Shown here: in pieces, positions 1 through 8,971 of the stretch | How positions within the stretch are numbered: position 1 is the first letter of the stretch | Layout of the letters: each line of letters begins with the position of its first letter | Source of the DNA: an uncultured Alphaproteobacteria bacterium | Lineage (GTDB): Bacteria; Pseudomonadota; Alphaproteobacteria; JAJFIK01 | Length of the DNA stretch: 64,000 nt | Assembly: GCA_964612085.1 (NCBI GenBank) | Contig: CAZTCJ010000009.1 | Span: 3,730 to 67,729, forward strand | Reading direction: 5' to 3' | Translations under genes and position numbers: made by a program | Notes under the pieces: generated by a model | The model's database searches: none | What the model saw: the letters and a program-made list of their open reading frames with translations, nothing else | Told to the model about the DNA's origin: nothing

Positions 1-318
1 CGCAATCAGCCGCCCGCAAACCTCTTCAAGATGGGCGAAGGACTTGGTCGCTTCGCCCGGCGGCAGAACGATCGCATCGGCATGGATCTCTTCGGCCCCG
101 AGCGCCGCGTTCACATGGCCGAGATAATGACCCGCGACCGTCTCATCGGTGACGATGACCGTCCGGTTACGGTTCAAATGCGGTTTGATAAGCCGCCCGG
201 CCTGGCCGAGCACGCCCTCGCCGATGACGATGTCGTAACTGGCCGGGCCCAGATCCACGTGGAGCCGCGCCATTTCCGTATGCGGCTCTTTTCCGGTACC
301 AGAGGACGCGTTGGACAT
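1..318 (-). CDS. aroB: 3-dehydroquinate synthase, N-terminal 106 codons (gene runs off the window start)
   Basis: My own minus-strand translation from the ATG at 316-318 gives MSNASSGTGKEPHTEMARLHVDLGPASYDIVIGEGVLGQAGRLIKPHLNRNRTVIVTDETVAGHYL...VLPPGEATKSFAHLEEV, a typical AroB N-terminus. It starts 6 nt after the aroK stop, as in the common aroK-aroB operon. It is absent from the ORF track because it is truncated by the window edge. Confidence 0.75.
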   Translation of the reverse strand, partial: MSNASSGTGKEPHTEMARLHVDLGPASYDIVIGEGVLGQAGRLIKPHLNRNRTVIVTDETVAGHYLGHVNAALGAEEIHADAIVLPPGEATKSFAHLEEVCGRLIA

Positions 319-324
319 GACCGT

Positions 325-945
325 CTATTCGTTTCCATCCGCGCCGTTGCCGCCCGCGCTCAGATAATCGTCGATCGACTTGATCACCGCGCGCACCACA
401 TTGTCATGGGGCGCATCATTGGTATCGACGATGACATCGGCCTTGGCGTAGACCGGATAGCGTTCTTCCATGAGCGCCTGCATGACGGTGTGCGGATCCC
501 GGTTCTTCAAAAGCGGCCGGTGATTGCGCCGGGACACTCTTTTCACCAGCAAATCGAGATCGGCGCGCAACCAGACCGAGATGGACTTCTGCGACATAAT
601 ATCCCGGGTCTCTTCATGCATGAAGGCGCCGCCGCCGGTGGCCAGCACATGGGGCGGCCCGTCCAGCAGCCGGGCGATCACCCGCCGTTCGCCGTCCCTG
701 AACTGGGGTTCGCCGAAATCCTCGAAAATCTCCGAGATCGACCGGCCGGCGGCCGCCTCGATTTCGCTATCGGCGTCCTTGAAAGGCATGTGCAGCGCTT
801 GCGCCAAGCGGCGTCCAATCGTTGTTTTGCCAGCTCCCATCAGCCCGATGAGCGCAATCGTGTGCTCCCGGACCCGCGCTTTTGCGCCTTCCATAGTCCA
901 TCCCGTGTTCATCAAACCAACATGTAGACACGCTTCATAGCCCAC
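325..945 (-). CDS. aroK: shikimate kinase
   Basis: 206-aa ORF with Walker A GLMGAGKTTIGRRLA, DADSEIE and LATGGGAF motifs. The real start is probably an internal Met (912 or 894). Confidence 0.9.
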   Translation of the reverse strand: MGYEACLHVGLMNTGWTMEGAKARVREHTIALIGLMGAGKTTIGRRLAQALHMPFKDADSEIEAAAGRSISEIFEDFGEPQFRDGERRVIARLLDGPPHVLATGGGAFMHEETRDIMSQKSISVWLRADLDLLVKRVSRRNHRPLLKNRDPHTVMQALMEERYPVYAKADVIVDTNDAPHDNVVRAVIKSIDDYLSAGGNGADGNE

Positions 946-1204
946 TCATCCAAACCTCACAATGAAGGACACCCCAGAGCGGCCCGGCGGATCGTCCTAC
1001 TATCGTCGCAATTCTGTCCGCATGTTCACGGCCTATACCGTTCTGACTCGCACATCAAAACCGCTGTTGAGGAAGTGGCTCCAGCCATGTTGCGTTTTGC
1101 GTTTGTTGCTCTTGTTCTCCTGGCTGTGCTGTCCGTTGCGGGACTTTGGTATGCGGCGGAAAGCGATGAACCGGTGACACGAACCGTGGAAAAAGTACTG
1201 CCCT

Positions 1205-3100
1205 ATGATGCGTTGGACCGCTAAGGCAGCCCTGGTTCTCACAGGCGCGGCTGTCGCAGCCGCGGCCTTGTCCGTGCCGTCCCAGGCTGACGACCGGGAG
1301 CGGCCCGTTCAACTGACTCCGGCCCGCGCCGTCAGCAGCCCCACATCAGGACAGATCCAGTCCGGCCCGAACGATCCCCAAAGAGTGTCGCCGCTTTACG
1401 GCACCAGAGGCGGCGTGATCGAGGTGGAACGGATCCGGGGCCCGCGCGGGACCGGATCGGCGGCTTACGGCTCTCAAGGACAAGGATTCGGCGCGGGCGC
1501 CTGGGACGACACGCCGGAGGAAATCGCCGAAGCGCTGATCCGTGCCCTACCCGTCGGCGCGCCGTCGCCGGTCATGGGCAAACTGATTCGCAGCCTGCTG
1601 GAGACGCCGGGACCGGCCCGCGCAGCCCAGCCCATGACCCAGGTCAGCCAGGCGCCATCGCCCAATGCCCTCTGGCAGCCCCGCCCGGCCTGGCAAACGG
1701 ACACGGAATCCAGCGAATTTCTCGGTATGCGCCTGTCGCGCCTGCTGGCCGCCGGTCATTTGGAGACGGTCTCCGAACTCGCCGCCCGCGCCTCGGGCCC
1801 GCAGACCGACCCGGCCCTGTCGCGGGTGGAAGCGGAAAGCCACCTGCTCGACGGCGACGACACGGAAGCCTGCGATCTGGCCATGCGCATGCGCCTGGAG
1901 ACGGCCGAGCCGTTCTGGGTGAAACTGCGCGCCTATTGTTATTTCCTGCAGGATGCCCCGTCCGCCGCGCGCCTGATGGCCGATCTTCTGGGCGAACGCG
2001 GCGTCGATGCGCCGTTGTTCTTCGCTCTGGTGGACCGTCTGGGCGGCGGCGATCCGGTGCCGTCCGGCGCGTGGCGCACGGTCGATCCCCTGACCTACGC
2101 CATGGCAAGCCGGGCGGGCGATCCGATCCCCGCCGAAGCGCTCGATGGCGCCGATCCAGCGGTCCTGCGGGTTCTGGCCATGGATCAAACGCCGCTCTTC
2201 GGCGAGGACGATCAGGCCCGCCTGCTCAAGGCCGGGGAACGCAGCGTGGCCAGCGGCGCACTCGAACCGGCGGCCCTGGCCCGGCTCTATGGCGCCATGG
2301 CCTTTCCCAGCGAAGCGTTCGAAGCACCCTTGCGTTACGCCGAAACCCTGCCCGCGCCCAAGGCGAATGCCCTGTTCTACCAGCTCGTGGAAGCCGCCGG
2401 CACACCGGCCATGCGGGTCGAACTGCTGAGCGAGGCCTTGCGCGCGGCCCGTGCCTCCCAGAGCTATCTGCCGGTGGCCATGGTGCATGGGGAGCGGATC
2501 GTTCAAACCATGCCGGCGCCCGATCTGTGGTGGGCGGCCGCGGATATGGGCGCGGCATCCCTGATCGCGGAGCGGCCGGATCAGGCCTCCCGCTGGCGGG
2601 AAGTGCTGCAGATCCGGATTCGCGGCGGCGGCACGCCGGAGGATGTGGAACATCTGCGCCGCCTGTCCCTGCTGATGGCCGTGGCGGCCCCGCCGATGCC
2701 CGCGACGCGCAGGCCCCATCTGGCGCTTGACGCCTGGATCCGCATGGCCAGCGCGGGCCAGATCGCGGATCAGGGCCTGCACCGGGAGCTTCTGATCCTC
2801 GACGCCCTCGCCATGCCCCTGCCCGCCTCCGCCGATCTCTGGCTGATCAACCGGGAAATCGGCGCGCGGCCTACATCCAGGACCGGCAAGGCCAGCATTC
2901 TGGCCCGGCTCGACCGGGCGGCGGCCCGCAACCGCATCGGCGAGACCATCGCGCTTGCCCTGATCGCGACCGGCAAGGCCGGCCCCCGTGACGCTGACCC
3001 TCTTTTGGTGACCAGTGCCATTCGCGCCCTTGCGAAAATCGGTCTGACAAGCGACTCTCAACGTCTGGCGTTTGAAGCGGTGTTGATGTCGGACTCATGA
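1205..3100 (+). CDS. exported hypothetical protein (Ala/Leu/Pro-rich, about 630 aa)
   Basis: N-terminal signal peptide MMRWTAKAALVLTGAAVAAAALSVPSQA. GC3-rich frame, and its stop overlaps the xerD start (ATGA). I recognise no catalytic motif. Confidence 0.6.
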   Translation: MMRWTAKAALVLTGAAVAAAALSVPSQADDRERPVQLTPARAVSSPTSGQIQSGPNDPQRVSPLYGTRGGVIEVERIRGPRGTGSAAYGSQGQGFGAGAWDDTPEEIAEALIRALPVGAPSPVMGKLIRSLLETPGPARAAQPMTQVSQAPSPNALWQPRPAWQTDTESSEFLGMRLSRLLAAGHLETVSELAARASGPQTDPALSRVEAESHLLDGDDTEACDLAMRMRLETAEPFWVKLRAYCYFLQDAPSAARLMADLLGERGVDAPLFFALVDRLGGGDPVPSGAWRTVDPLTYAMASRAGDPIPAEALDGADPAVLRVLAMDQTPLFGEDDQARLLKAGERSVASGALEPAALARLYGAMAFPSEAFEAPLRYAETLPAPKANALFYQLVEAAGTPAMRVELLSEALRAARASQSYLPVAMVHGERIVQTMPAPDLWWAAADMGAASLIAERPDQASRWREVLQIRIRGGGTPEDVEHLRRLSLLMAVAAPPMPATRRPHLALDAWIRMASAGQIADQGLHRELLILDALAMPLPASADLWLINREIGARPTSRTGKASILARLDRAAARNRIGETIALALIATGKAGPRDADPLLVTSAIRALAKIGLTSDSQRLAFEAVLMSDS

Positions 3101-4071
3101 GCGACAGGTCAGGCAAGGTGCCTTCGACGGGAAAGACGAGCCTCGCGGAAACCGTGAGCCAGTCGGCGCACAAGCATATCGAGGCCTTTCTGGAAATGCT
3201 GAGCGCGGAGCGGGGCGCTGCGGGCAATACGCTCGAAGCCTATGCCCGGGACCTGCGCGATTTCGGGCATTTCATCGCCCGGCAAGGCCAGGAAATCATG
3301 AATGCGCGGGCGGAAGATCTGCGCGCCTATCTGCGCAGCCTGGAACAGGCGGGCATGGCCGCCTCGACCGCCGCGCGGCGCATGTCGTCCCTGCGCCAGT
3401 TCCATAAGTTTCTGTACACGGAAGGCATCCGCCCCGACGATCCGTGCCTGGGCCTCAGCGGCCCGCGCCCGCGCCGCGCCCTGCCCCGCACCATGAGCGA
3501 ACGCGATGTGGAACGGCTTCTGGAAAAAGCGCGGGAAGACCGGACGCCGGAAGGCCTGCGGCTGTATTGCCTGATGGAGATCCTCTACGCCACCGGCGCG
3601 CGGGTCTCCGAACTGGTCGCCCTGCCCTTGAATGCGGTGGCTCACGATCCTCGCTTCCTGATGATCACGGGCAAAGGCGGCCGCGAGCGCCTGGTGCCGC
3701 TCAACCAGACGGCCGCCGACGCCCTCGGCGCGTACAAGACCGTCCGCCACCGGTTCGTGCCCCAGCGCAGCCGTGACTCGCGCTTTCTGTTTCCGTCCCG
3801 GGCCCGCCAGGGTCACCTGACCCGCCACCGCTTCGCCCAGCTTCTGAAGGATCTGGCCGCCCGCGCCGGGATCGAACCGGACTCCCTGTCACCGCACACC
3901 CTGCGCCATGCCTTTGCCAGCCACCTGCTGGCCAATGGGGCCGACCTGCGCGCCGTGCAGAAAATGCTCGGCCATGCGGATATCTCCACCACCCAGATCT
4001 ATACCCATGTGCTGGAGGAGCGGCTGAAATCCCTGGTCCGCCAGCATCATCCCCTGGCCCAGAAGGGTTGA
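3097..4071 (+). CDS. xerD: site-specific tyrosine recombinase XerD
   Basis: C-terminal catalytic box HTLRHAFASHLLANGADLRAVQKMLGHADISTTQIYTHV and an N-terminal core-binding domain (HIEAFLEMLSAERGAAGNTLEAYARDL). Confidence 0.9.
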   Translation: MSDRSGKVPSTGKTSLAETVSQSAHKHIEAFLEMLSAERGAAGNTLEAYARDLRDFGHFIARQGQEIMNARAEDLRAYLRSLEQAGMAASTAARRMSSLRQFHKFLYTEGIRPDDPCLGLSGPRPRRALPRTMSERDVERLLEKAREDRTPEGLRLYCLMEILYATGARVSELVALPLNAVAHDPRFLMITGKGGRERLVPLNQTAADALGAYKTVRHRFVPQRSRDSRFLFPSRARQGHLTRHRFAQLLKDLAARAGIEPDSLSPHTLRHAFASHLLANGADLRAVQKMLGHADISTTQIYTHVLEERLKSLVRQHHPLAQKG

Positions 4072-4212
4072 GGGATCCTTGACGATCTGCGGCTATCACT
4101 GATCTGGCCAAAGGGCCGCACCCCGTTTGGAACGGCTTGATTGATGCCCGCTGAAGGGCTACGAGCCACTAAAGCGTTTTCAGCGTGAGCGCCAGCGAAG
4201 GAGACCGCGCCC

Positions 4213-5202
4213 ATGAGCTTCACTAATCCGGACCGCCGGGCCATCCGCCTGTACCGCTCCCGCCTGTTTCTGCCGGGATCGCGCCCCGAATTCATCGAAA
4301 AGGCCGCCCGCAGCGAGGCCGATTGCGTCAATATGGATCTTGAGGACGCGGTCGCCCCGTCCGACAAGGAGCAGGCCCGGCGCAACGTCATCCAGGCACT
4401 CCACGACGTGGATTTCGGCTCCAAGGTCGTCGCGGTACGGATCAACGGGCTCAACACCCATTATGCTTATCGCGACGTGGTCGATCTGATGGAACAGGGC
4501 GGCGAACGGCTCGACGTGATCATGATCCCGAAAGTGGGCGTGGGCGCCGACATCTACGCCATCGACATGCTGGTCTCCCAGATCGAGATGGCGACGGGCC
4601 GGAAAAAACGCCTGGGCCTTGAAGCGGTGATCGAAAGCGCCCTGGGCATCGAGAATGTGAACGAAATCTGCGCCGCCTCGCCACGGCTTGAAAGCCTGCA
4701 TTTCGGCGCGGCCGATTACGCCGCCTCCACCTATATGCGCACCACCAATATCGGCGGCAGCAACGCCGATTATAAGGTCATGACGTTCCCGGACGACCAG
4801 GGCAACCGGGTGGAGCATTGGGGCGATTTGTATCACTACCCCATCATGCGGATGGTCTCGGCCTCCCGCGCGGCGGGCGTCACACCCATCGACGGTCCGT
4901 ATGGCGATTTTTCGGATCCGGACGGTTTCCGCAACCAGGCCATGCGCACCGCCGTCATGGGCTGCGAGGGCAAATGGTGCATCCACCCGAAACAGGTGGC
5001 GCTTGCCAACGAGATCTTCACGCCGCCGCCCCACGAGGTGGAAAAGGCCCAGGCCATCCTTCAGGCCATGGCCGAGGCCCAAGCCGGCGGCGCGGGCGCG
5101 GCCACCTATAAGGGCACGCTGATCGATGCCGCCTCGATCCGCCAGGCGGAAGTGATCATGCGCCAGATGACCATGATCCGGGAAAAAGAGGGCAGCGCGT
5201 AA
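4213..5202 (+). CDS. mcl: L-malyl-CoA/beta-methylmalyl-CoA lyase (HpcH/HpaI, CitE-like fold)
   Basis: 329 aa, with near full-length resemblance to Rhodobacter-type Mcl1 as I remember it (RSRLFLPGSRPEFIEKAA, MDLEDAVAP, IMIPKVG, GKWCIHPKQVALANEIFTP, YKGTLIDAASIRQAEVI). SD GAAGGAGA lies 7 nt upstream. Confidence 0.85.
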   Translation: MSFTNPDRRAIRLYRSRLFLPGSRPEFIEKAARSEADCVNMDLEDAVAPSDKEQARRNVIQALHDVDFGSKVVAVRINGLNTHYAYRDVVDLMEQGGERLDVIMIPKVGVGADIYAIDMLVSQIEMATGRKKRLGLEAVIESALGIENVNEICAASPRLESLHFGAADYAASTYMRTTNIGGSNADYKVMTFPDDQGNRVEHWGDLYHYPIMRMVSASRAAGVTPIDGPYGDFSDPDGFRNQAMRTAVMGCEGKWCIHPKQVALANEIFTPPPHEVEKAQAILQAMAEAQAGGAGAATYKGTLIDAASIRQAEVIMRQMTMIREKEGSA

Positions 5203-5340
5203 CGCGCGCTACCCCCGGCGCGCCGTCCCGTCAGATGCGCCGGACATTGACCGCCTGCGCCTGACGGGGCAATGTCGCCGATTAACGCTGGGGCCAAACA
5301 GCAGGCGGGCCGTTTTCAGGCCTGCCGGGTGACGGGAAAC

Positions 5341-6300
5341 ATGCACACCTATCTCGATTTCGAACGCCAGATCGCCGAACTGGAAGGCAAGATCGAAGAA
5401 CTGCGCCAGATCACCGGCGACGAAGCGGCGGTGGATATCGACGACGAGATCCAGAAGCTCGAAACCAAGGCCGCGAACCTCCTCAAGGAGGCCTATACCA
5501 AACTGACACCCTGGCAGAAGACCCAGGTGGCGCGCCACCCCAACCGGCCCCATACTCAGGATTATATCGACCATCTGATCGCCGATTTCACACCGCTGGC
5601 GGGCGACCGGCTCTACGGCCAGGACGACGCGATCCTGGGCGGCGCCGGACGCTTCCGGGGTCAATCGGTAATCCTGATCGGCCATGAAAAGGGCTCCGAC
5701 ACCCAGAGCCGGCTCAAGCACAATTTCGGCATGGCCCGGCCCGAGGGCTACCGCAAGGCCATCCGCCTGATGGATCTGGCCGAGCGCTTCAATCTGCCCG
5801 TGATCTCGCTTGTGGACACCGCCGGGGCCTATCCGGGCATCGGCGCGGAAGAACGGGGCCAGGCCGAAGCCATCGCCCGCTCGACCGACCGCTGCCTGTC
5901 CCTCGGCGTGCCGATCATTTCCGTCATCATCGGGGAGGGCGGCTCGGGCGGCGCCGTCGCCATCGCCACGGCCAATAAAGTGCTGATGCTCGAACACGCC
6001 ATCTATTCGGTGATCTCGCCGGAGGGCTGCGCGTCGATCCTGTGGCACGATTCCAACAAGGCGAAGGAAGCGGCGGCGGCCATGAAACTGACCGCCCAGG
6101 ATCTGTTTGAGCGCAAAGTGATCGATACCATCGTGCCTGAGCCGGTCGGCGGTGCCCACCGGGGCCGGACGATGACCATGGACGCCGTGGGCGACGCCCT
6201 CGAAGAGGCTTTCATGGAGCTTGACGATCTGGACGCGGAAGGCCTGCGTAAGGCCCGCCGCGCCAAGTTCCTCGCCATCGGCCGCGAAACGGTGAACTAA
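5341..6300 (+). CDS. accA: acetyl-CoA carboxylase carboxyltransferase subunit alpha
   Basis: [23 protein letters not shown]-terminus, [33 protein letters not shown]. The track start at 5272 looks too far upstream, so I chose the Met at 5341. Confidence 0.9.
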   Translation: MHTYLDFERQIAELEGKIEELRQITGDEAAVDIDDEIQKLETKAANLLKEAYTKLTPWQKTQVARHPNRPHTQDYIDHLIADFTPLAGDRLYGQDDAILGGAGRFRGQSVILIGHEKGSDTQSRLKHNFGMARPEGYRKAIRLMDLAERFNLPVISLVDTAGAYPGIGAEERGQAEAIARSTDRCLSLGVPIISVIIGEGGSGGAVAIATANKVLMLEHAIYSVISPEGCASILWHDSNKAKEAAAAMKLTAQDLFERKVIDTIVPEPVGGAHRGRTMTMDAVGDALEEAFMELDDLDAEGLRKARRAKFLAIGRETVN

Positions 6301-6304
6301 CCCA

Positions 6305-7723
6305 TTACTCCGTTCCCGCCTGTTCCAAGACCCAGTCGCCGATCATGTCGAGCGCGCGCGGCGACATGGTTTCCTCGATCTGCTGATACTCAAGCGGCAG
6401 ACCGGTCTCGGCCGTCTGGAACAGATGGTTCAGCCCTTCGAGCTGCTCCATGCGGAAGGGCACGCCCGCCTCTTTCAAGGCCGCCTCGATGGGCGGAAAA
6501 TTGAGCGCGATCGAGACCTGAACGTCCTTGGTGCCGTTCATGACCAGCACCGGCACCTCCAATTGGCGCATGACCTCGGCCGGATCGATGCGGATACCGG
6601 TTTGCCACCAGGGGGTGGCGATGCCCTTGGACTGGGCCAAGGCCTGATCCGCCGGCACGCCGAGCGTGATCAGTTCGGTCTGGATCTGCGCTCTGGCCTC
6701 TTCCAGATCGTCCGTGGACCGCAGGATCTCGAAGATCCGCTCTTGCAGCGCGGATTGCTGGTCGATCATATCCGCTGGCGCGCCGCTCATCCGCGCCATG
6801 ATCCGGGCCTGATCGATCAGCACCCGGTCGATGGGCACGCCGGTCGGCGCCATCAGGACGAGAAAGGCGATCCGGCCTTCCTGCACCGCCGCGAGCGGCC
6901 CGATCAGGCCGCCTTCGCTCAGGCCGACAATACCGATCTTGCCGGCGTCGATATCGTCCCGCGTGCTCAGATACCGCGCGGCGCCGATCACGTCCTTGGC
7001 GAAATCATGGGAGGTCGCCGCCGCGAAATCGCCGGTGGAACCGCCGACGCCCCGCTCGTCGAACCGCAGCACCGCGATGCCGCGCCGGGTCAGGTAATCC
7101 GCCAGAACCCAGAAAATCTTGTGGCCGAAAATCGTCGAATCCCGGTCCTGGGGGCCGGATCCGGAGACCAGCACCACGGCGGGAAAGGCCCCGTCGCCGT
7201 CTGGCCGCGTCAGCGTCCCCGCCAGACGGATGCCCGCCTCGGCACTGTCGAAAACGAGCGGTTCGACCCGGTACGGGAACGGCGCCACAGGATGCTGCGG
7301 CCGCTCGACCGTCGCGACGGCATCCTTGGTCACTTCCAGATCCCAAGTGCGCCCGCCCTGGATCCATTGTCCGGTGAGCCTTTGACCGTCCTCGGACAGA
7401 TCGCCCTCGAAGGTCGCGCGCGGCGTCTGCACACGGAGCGTGATCGTCCGGCCCCGCACGGTCACCCGGCTGACCGGCAGCCCGAGCGCGCCCTGGGCGG
7501 GGCTGTCCATGGTCGCGACCAAGGACCCGTCCTCATCCTGGCCGATGTGAAACACCAAGGGGATTTTCGCGCGGCCCAGATTGAGTTCGCCGCCCCAGTC
7601 GCCGACAAAGTCTTCCGGCGCGGCATCCTGAGCCTGGGCCGCCAGCGATGCGCCGAGCCAGAAGACGGCGGCGGCGATTAGCGACAAGACGGATCGCGGC
7701 AGTTGTTGAACGGTCCGGATCAT
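6305..7723 (-). CDS. secreted alpha/beta-fold hydrolase
   Basis: Signal peptide (LIAAAVFWLGASLAAQAQDA), an N-terminal beta-rich domain, then an alpha/beta hydrolase core with nucleophile elbow VGLSEGG. Confidence 0.8.
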   Translation of the reverse strand: MIRTVQQLPRSVLSLIAAAVFWLGASLAAQAQDAAPEDFVGDWGGELNLGRAKIPLVFHIGQDEDGSLVATMDSPAQGALGLPVSRVTVRGRTITLRVQTPRATFEGDLSEDGQRLTGQWIQGGRTWDLEVTKDAVATVERPQHPVAPFPYRVEPLVFDSAEAGIRLAGTLTRPDGDGAFPAVVLVSGSGPQDRDSTIFGHKIFWVLADYLTRRGIAVLRFDERGVGGSTGDFAAATSHDFAKDVIGAARYLSTRDDIDAGKIGIVGLSEGGLIGPLAAVQEGRIAFLVLMAPTGVPIDRVLIDQARIMARMSGAPADMIDQQSALQERIFEILRSTDDLEEARAQIQTELITLGVPADQALAQSKGIATPWWQTGIRIDPAEVMRQLEVPVLVMNGTKDVQVSIALNFPPIEAALKEAGVPFRMEQLEGLNHLFQTAETGLPLEYQQIEETMSPRALDMIGDWVLEQAGTE

Positions 7724-7759
7724 GCGTACCCCCTCTTCCCCGTGCGGCCCTTTGTAATT

Positions 7760-8923
7760 CTACAACCGGACCGCGCGCGCAAATGTCTGAATATCCTCCA
7801 CAAAAAGATCGGGGCGTTCAAGGGCCGCGAAATGGCCGCCCTCGGGCATGTCGGTCCAATGGACGACCGAATAGCTCTTTTCCACCTGGCTGCGCGGCGG
7901 CCATTGGAAGGTGTCGTGAGGAAAATTGGCGATGCCGGTGGGCTTGGTGACGCGTGTACCCGGCGCCCGCTGCCCGCCATAGGCGTCCTCGAACAGGCCA
8001 CGATACTGCCAGCTCGCGGTGTTGAAGGTCCGGGTCACCAGATAGATCATGATATTGGTGAGAAGCTGGTCCTTCGTATACGCACTTTCGATATTATCGC
8101 CGTCCGTATGGGACCAGGTGTTGAACTTCTCCACAAGCCAGGCGGCTACACCCACGGGCGAGTCCATCATGGCGTAGCTCAGCGTCTGGGGCTTGGTGGA
8201 TTGCAGGCGGAAATAAGCGCCTTCCGCCTCGAAGGACGCACGCGCGGCCTGGGCGAAGGCGATCTCGTCTTGCGTGACCGGCTCGACGCCCGGCGACGAC
8301 CAGCCCATCATATTCAGGTGAACAGCCGAACAGCGGATATCGTCGAGCGCCATATTGGCGGAAATGGCCGAGCCCCAATCGCCGCCCTGGGCCATGTAAT
8401 CCGTATACCCGAGCACATGGGTCATGAGATTGGAAAGATAGGCGGCGATCCGGCGCGGCCCCATGGGATTGCGCGGCTTGCCGGAAAATCCGTATCCCAC
8501 GAGCGAGGGCACCACCACGTCGAAGGCATCCTCCACCGAGCCGCCGAACCGTTCGGGATGGGCGAGCGGTTCGATCACCTCCATGAACTCGAACACGGAT
8601 CCCGGCCAGCCATGGGAAATGATCAGCGGGCGCGGATTGGGGCCCGAGCCCTTCTCATGGATGAAATGGATGGGAATGGTCTCGCCGTCGATTTCCACCG
8701 GCGCGGTGAATTGGGGAAAGCGGTTGAGGCCCGTTTCCGCCTTGCGCCAGTCGAAGCGGCTCAACCAATAGGCGCACAGGCCTTTCATGTAATCGAGATT
8801 GGTCCCGTAGCTCCAACCGCCATTGGCCGGCATTTCGTGCCAGTCATACTGGCGCACCCGGTCCATGATGTGGGCGAGCACGCCATCGGGAACGGCAATG
8901 CGGAACGGAATCGGCGTCGTCAT
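7760..8923 (-). CDS. epoxide hydrolase (EHN-domain alpha/beta hydrolase)
   Basis: N-terminal epoxide-hydrolase pattern PFRIAVPDGVLAHIMDRVRQYDWHEMP, oxyanion motif HGWPGS, nucleophile motif GGDWGS. Confidence 0.8.
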   Translation of the reverse strand: MTTPIPFRIAVPDGVLAHIMDRVRQYDWHEMPANGGWSYGTNLDYMKGLCAYWLSRFDWRKAETGLNRFPQFTAPVEIDGETIPIHFIHEKGSGPNPRPLIISHGWPGSVFEFMEVIEPLAHPERFGGSVEDAFDVVVPSLVGYGFSGKPRNPMGPRRIAAYLSNLMTHVLGYTDYMAQGGDWGSAISANMALDDIRCSAVHLNMMGWSSPGVEPVTQDEIAFAQAARASFEAEGAYFRLQSTKPQTLSYAMMDSPVGVAAWLVEKFNTWSHTDGDNIESAYTKDQLLTNIMIYLVTRTFNTASWQYRGLFEDAYGGQRAPGTRVTKPTGIANFPHDTFQWPPRSQVEKSYSVVHWTDMPEGGHFAALERPDLFVEDIQTFARAVRL

Positions 8924-8971
8924 TCAGACTCTCCTTGTCCTCGGAGACTCAATCTTAGCCGATTTCTGAGG

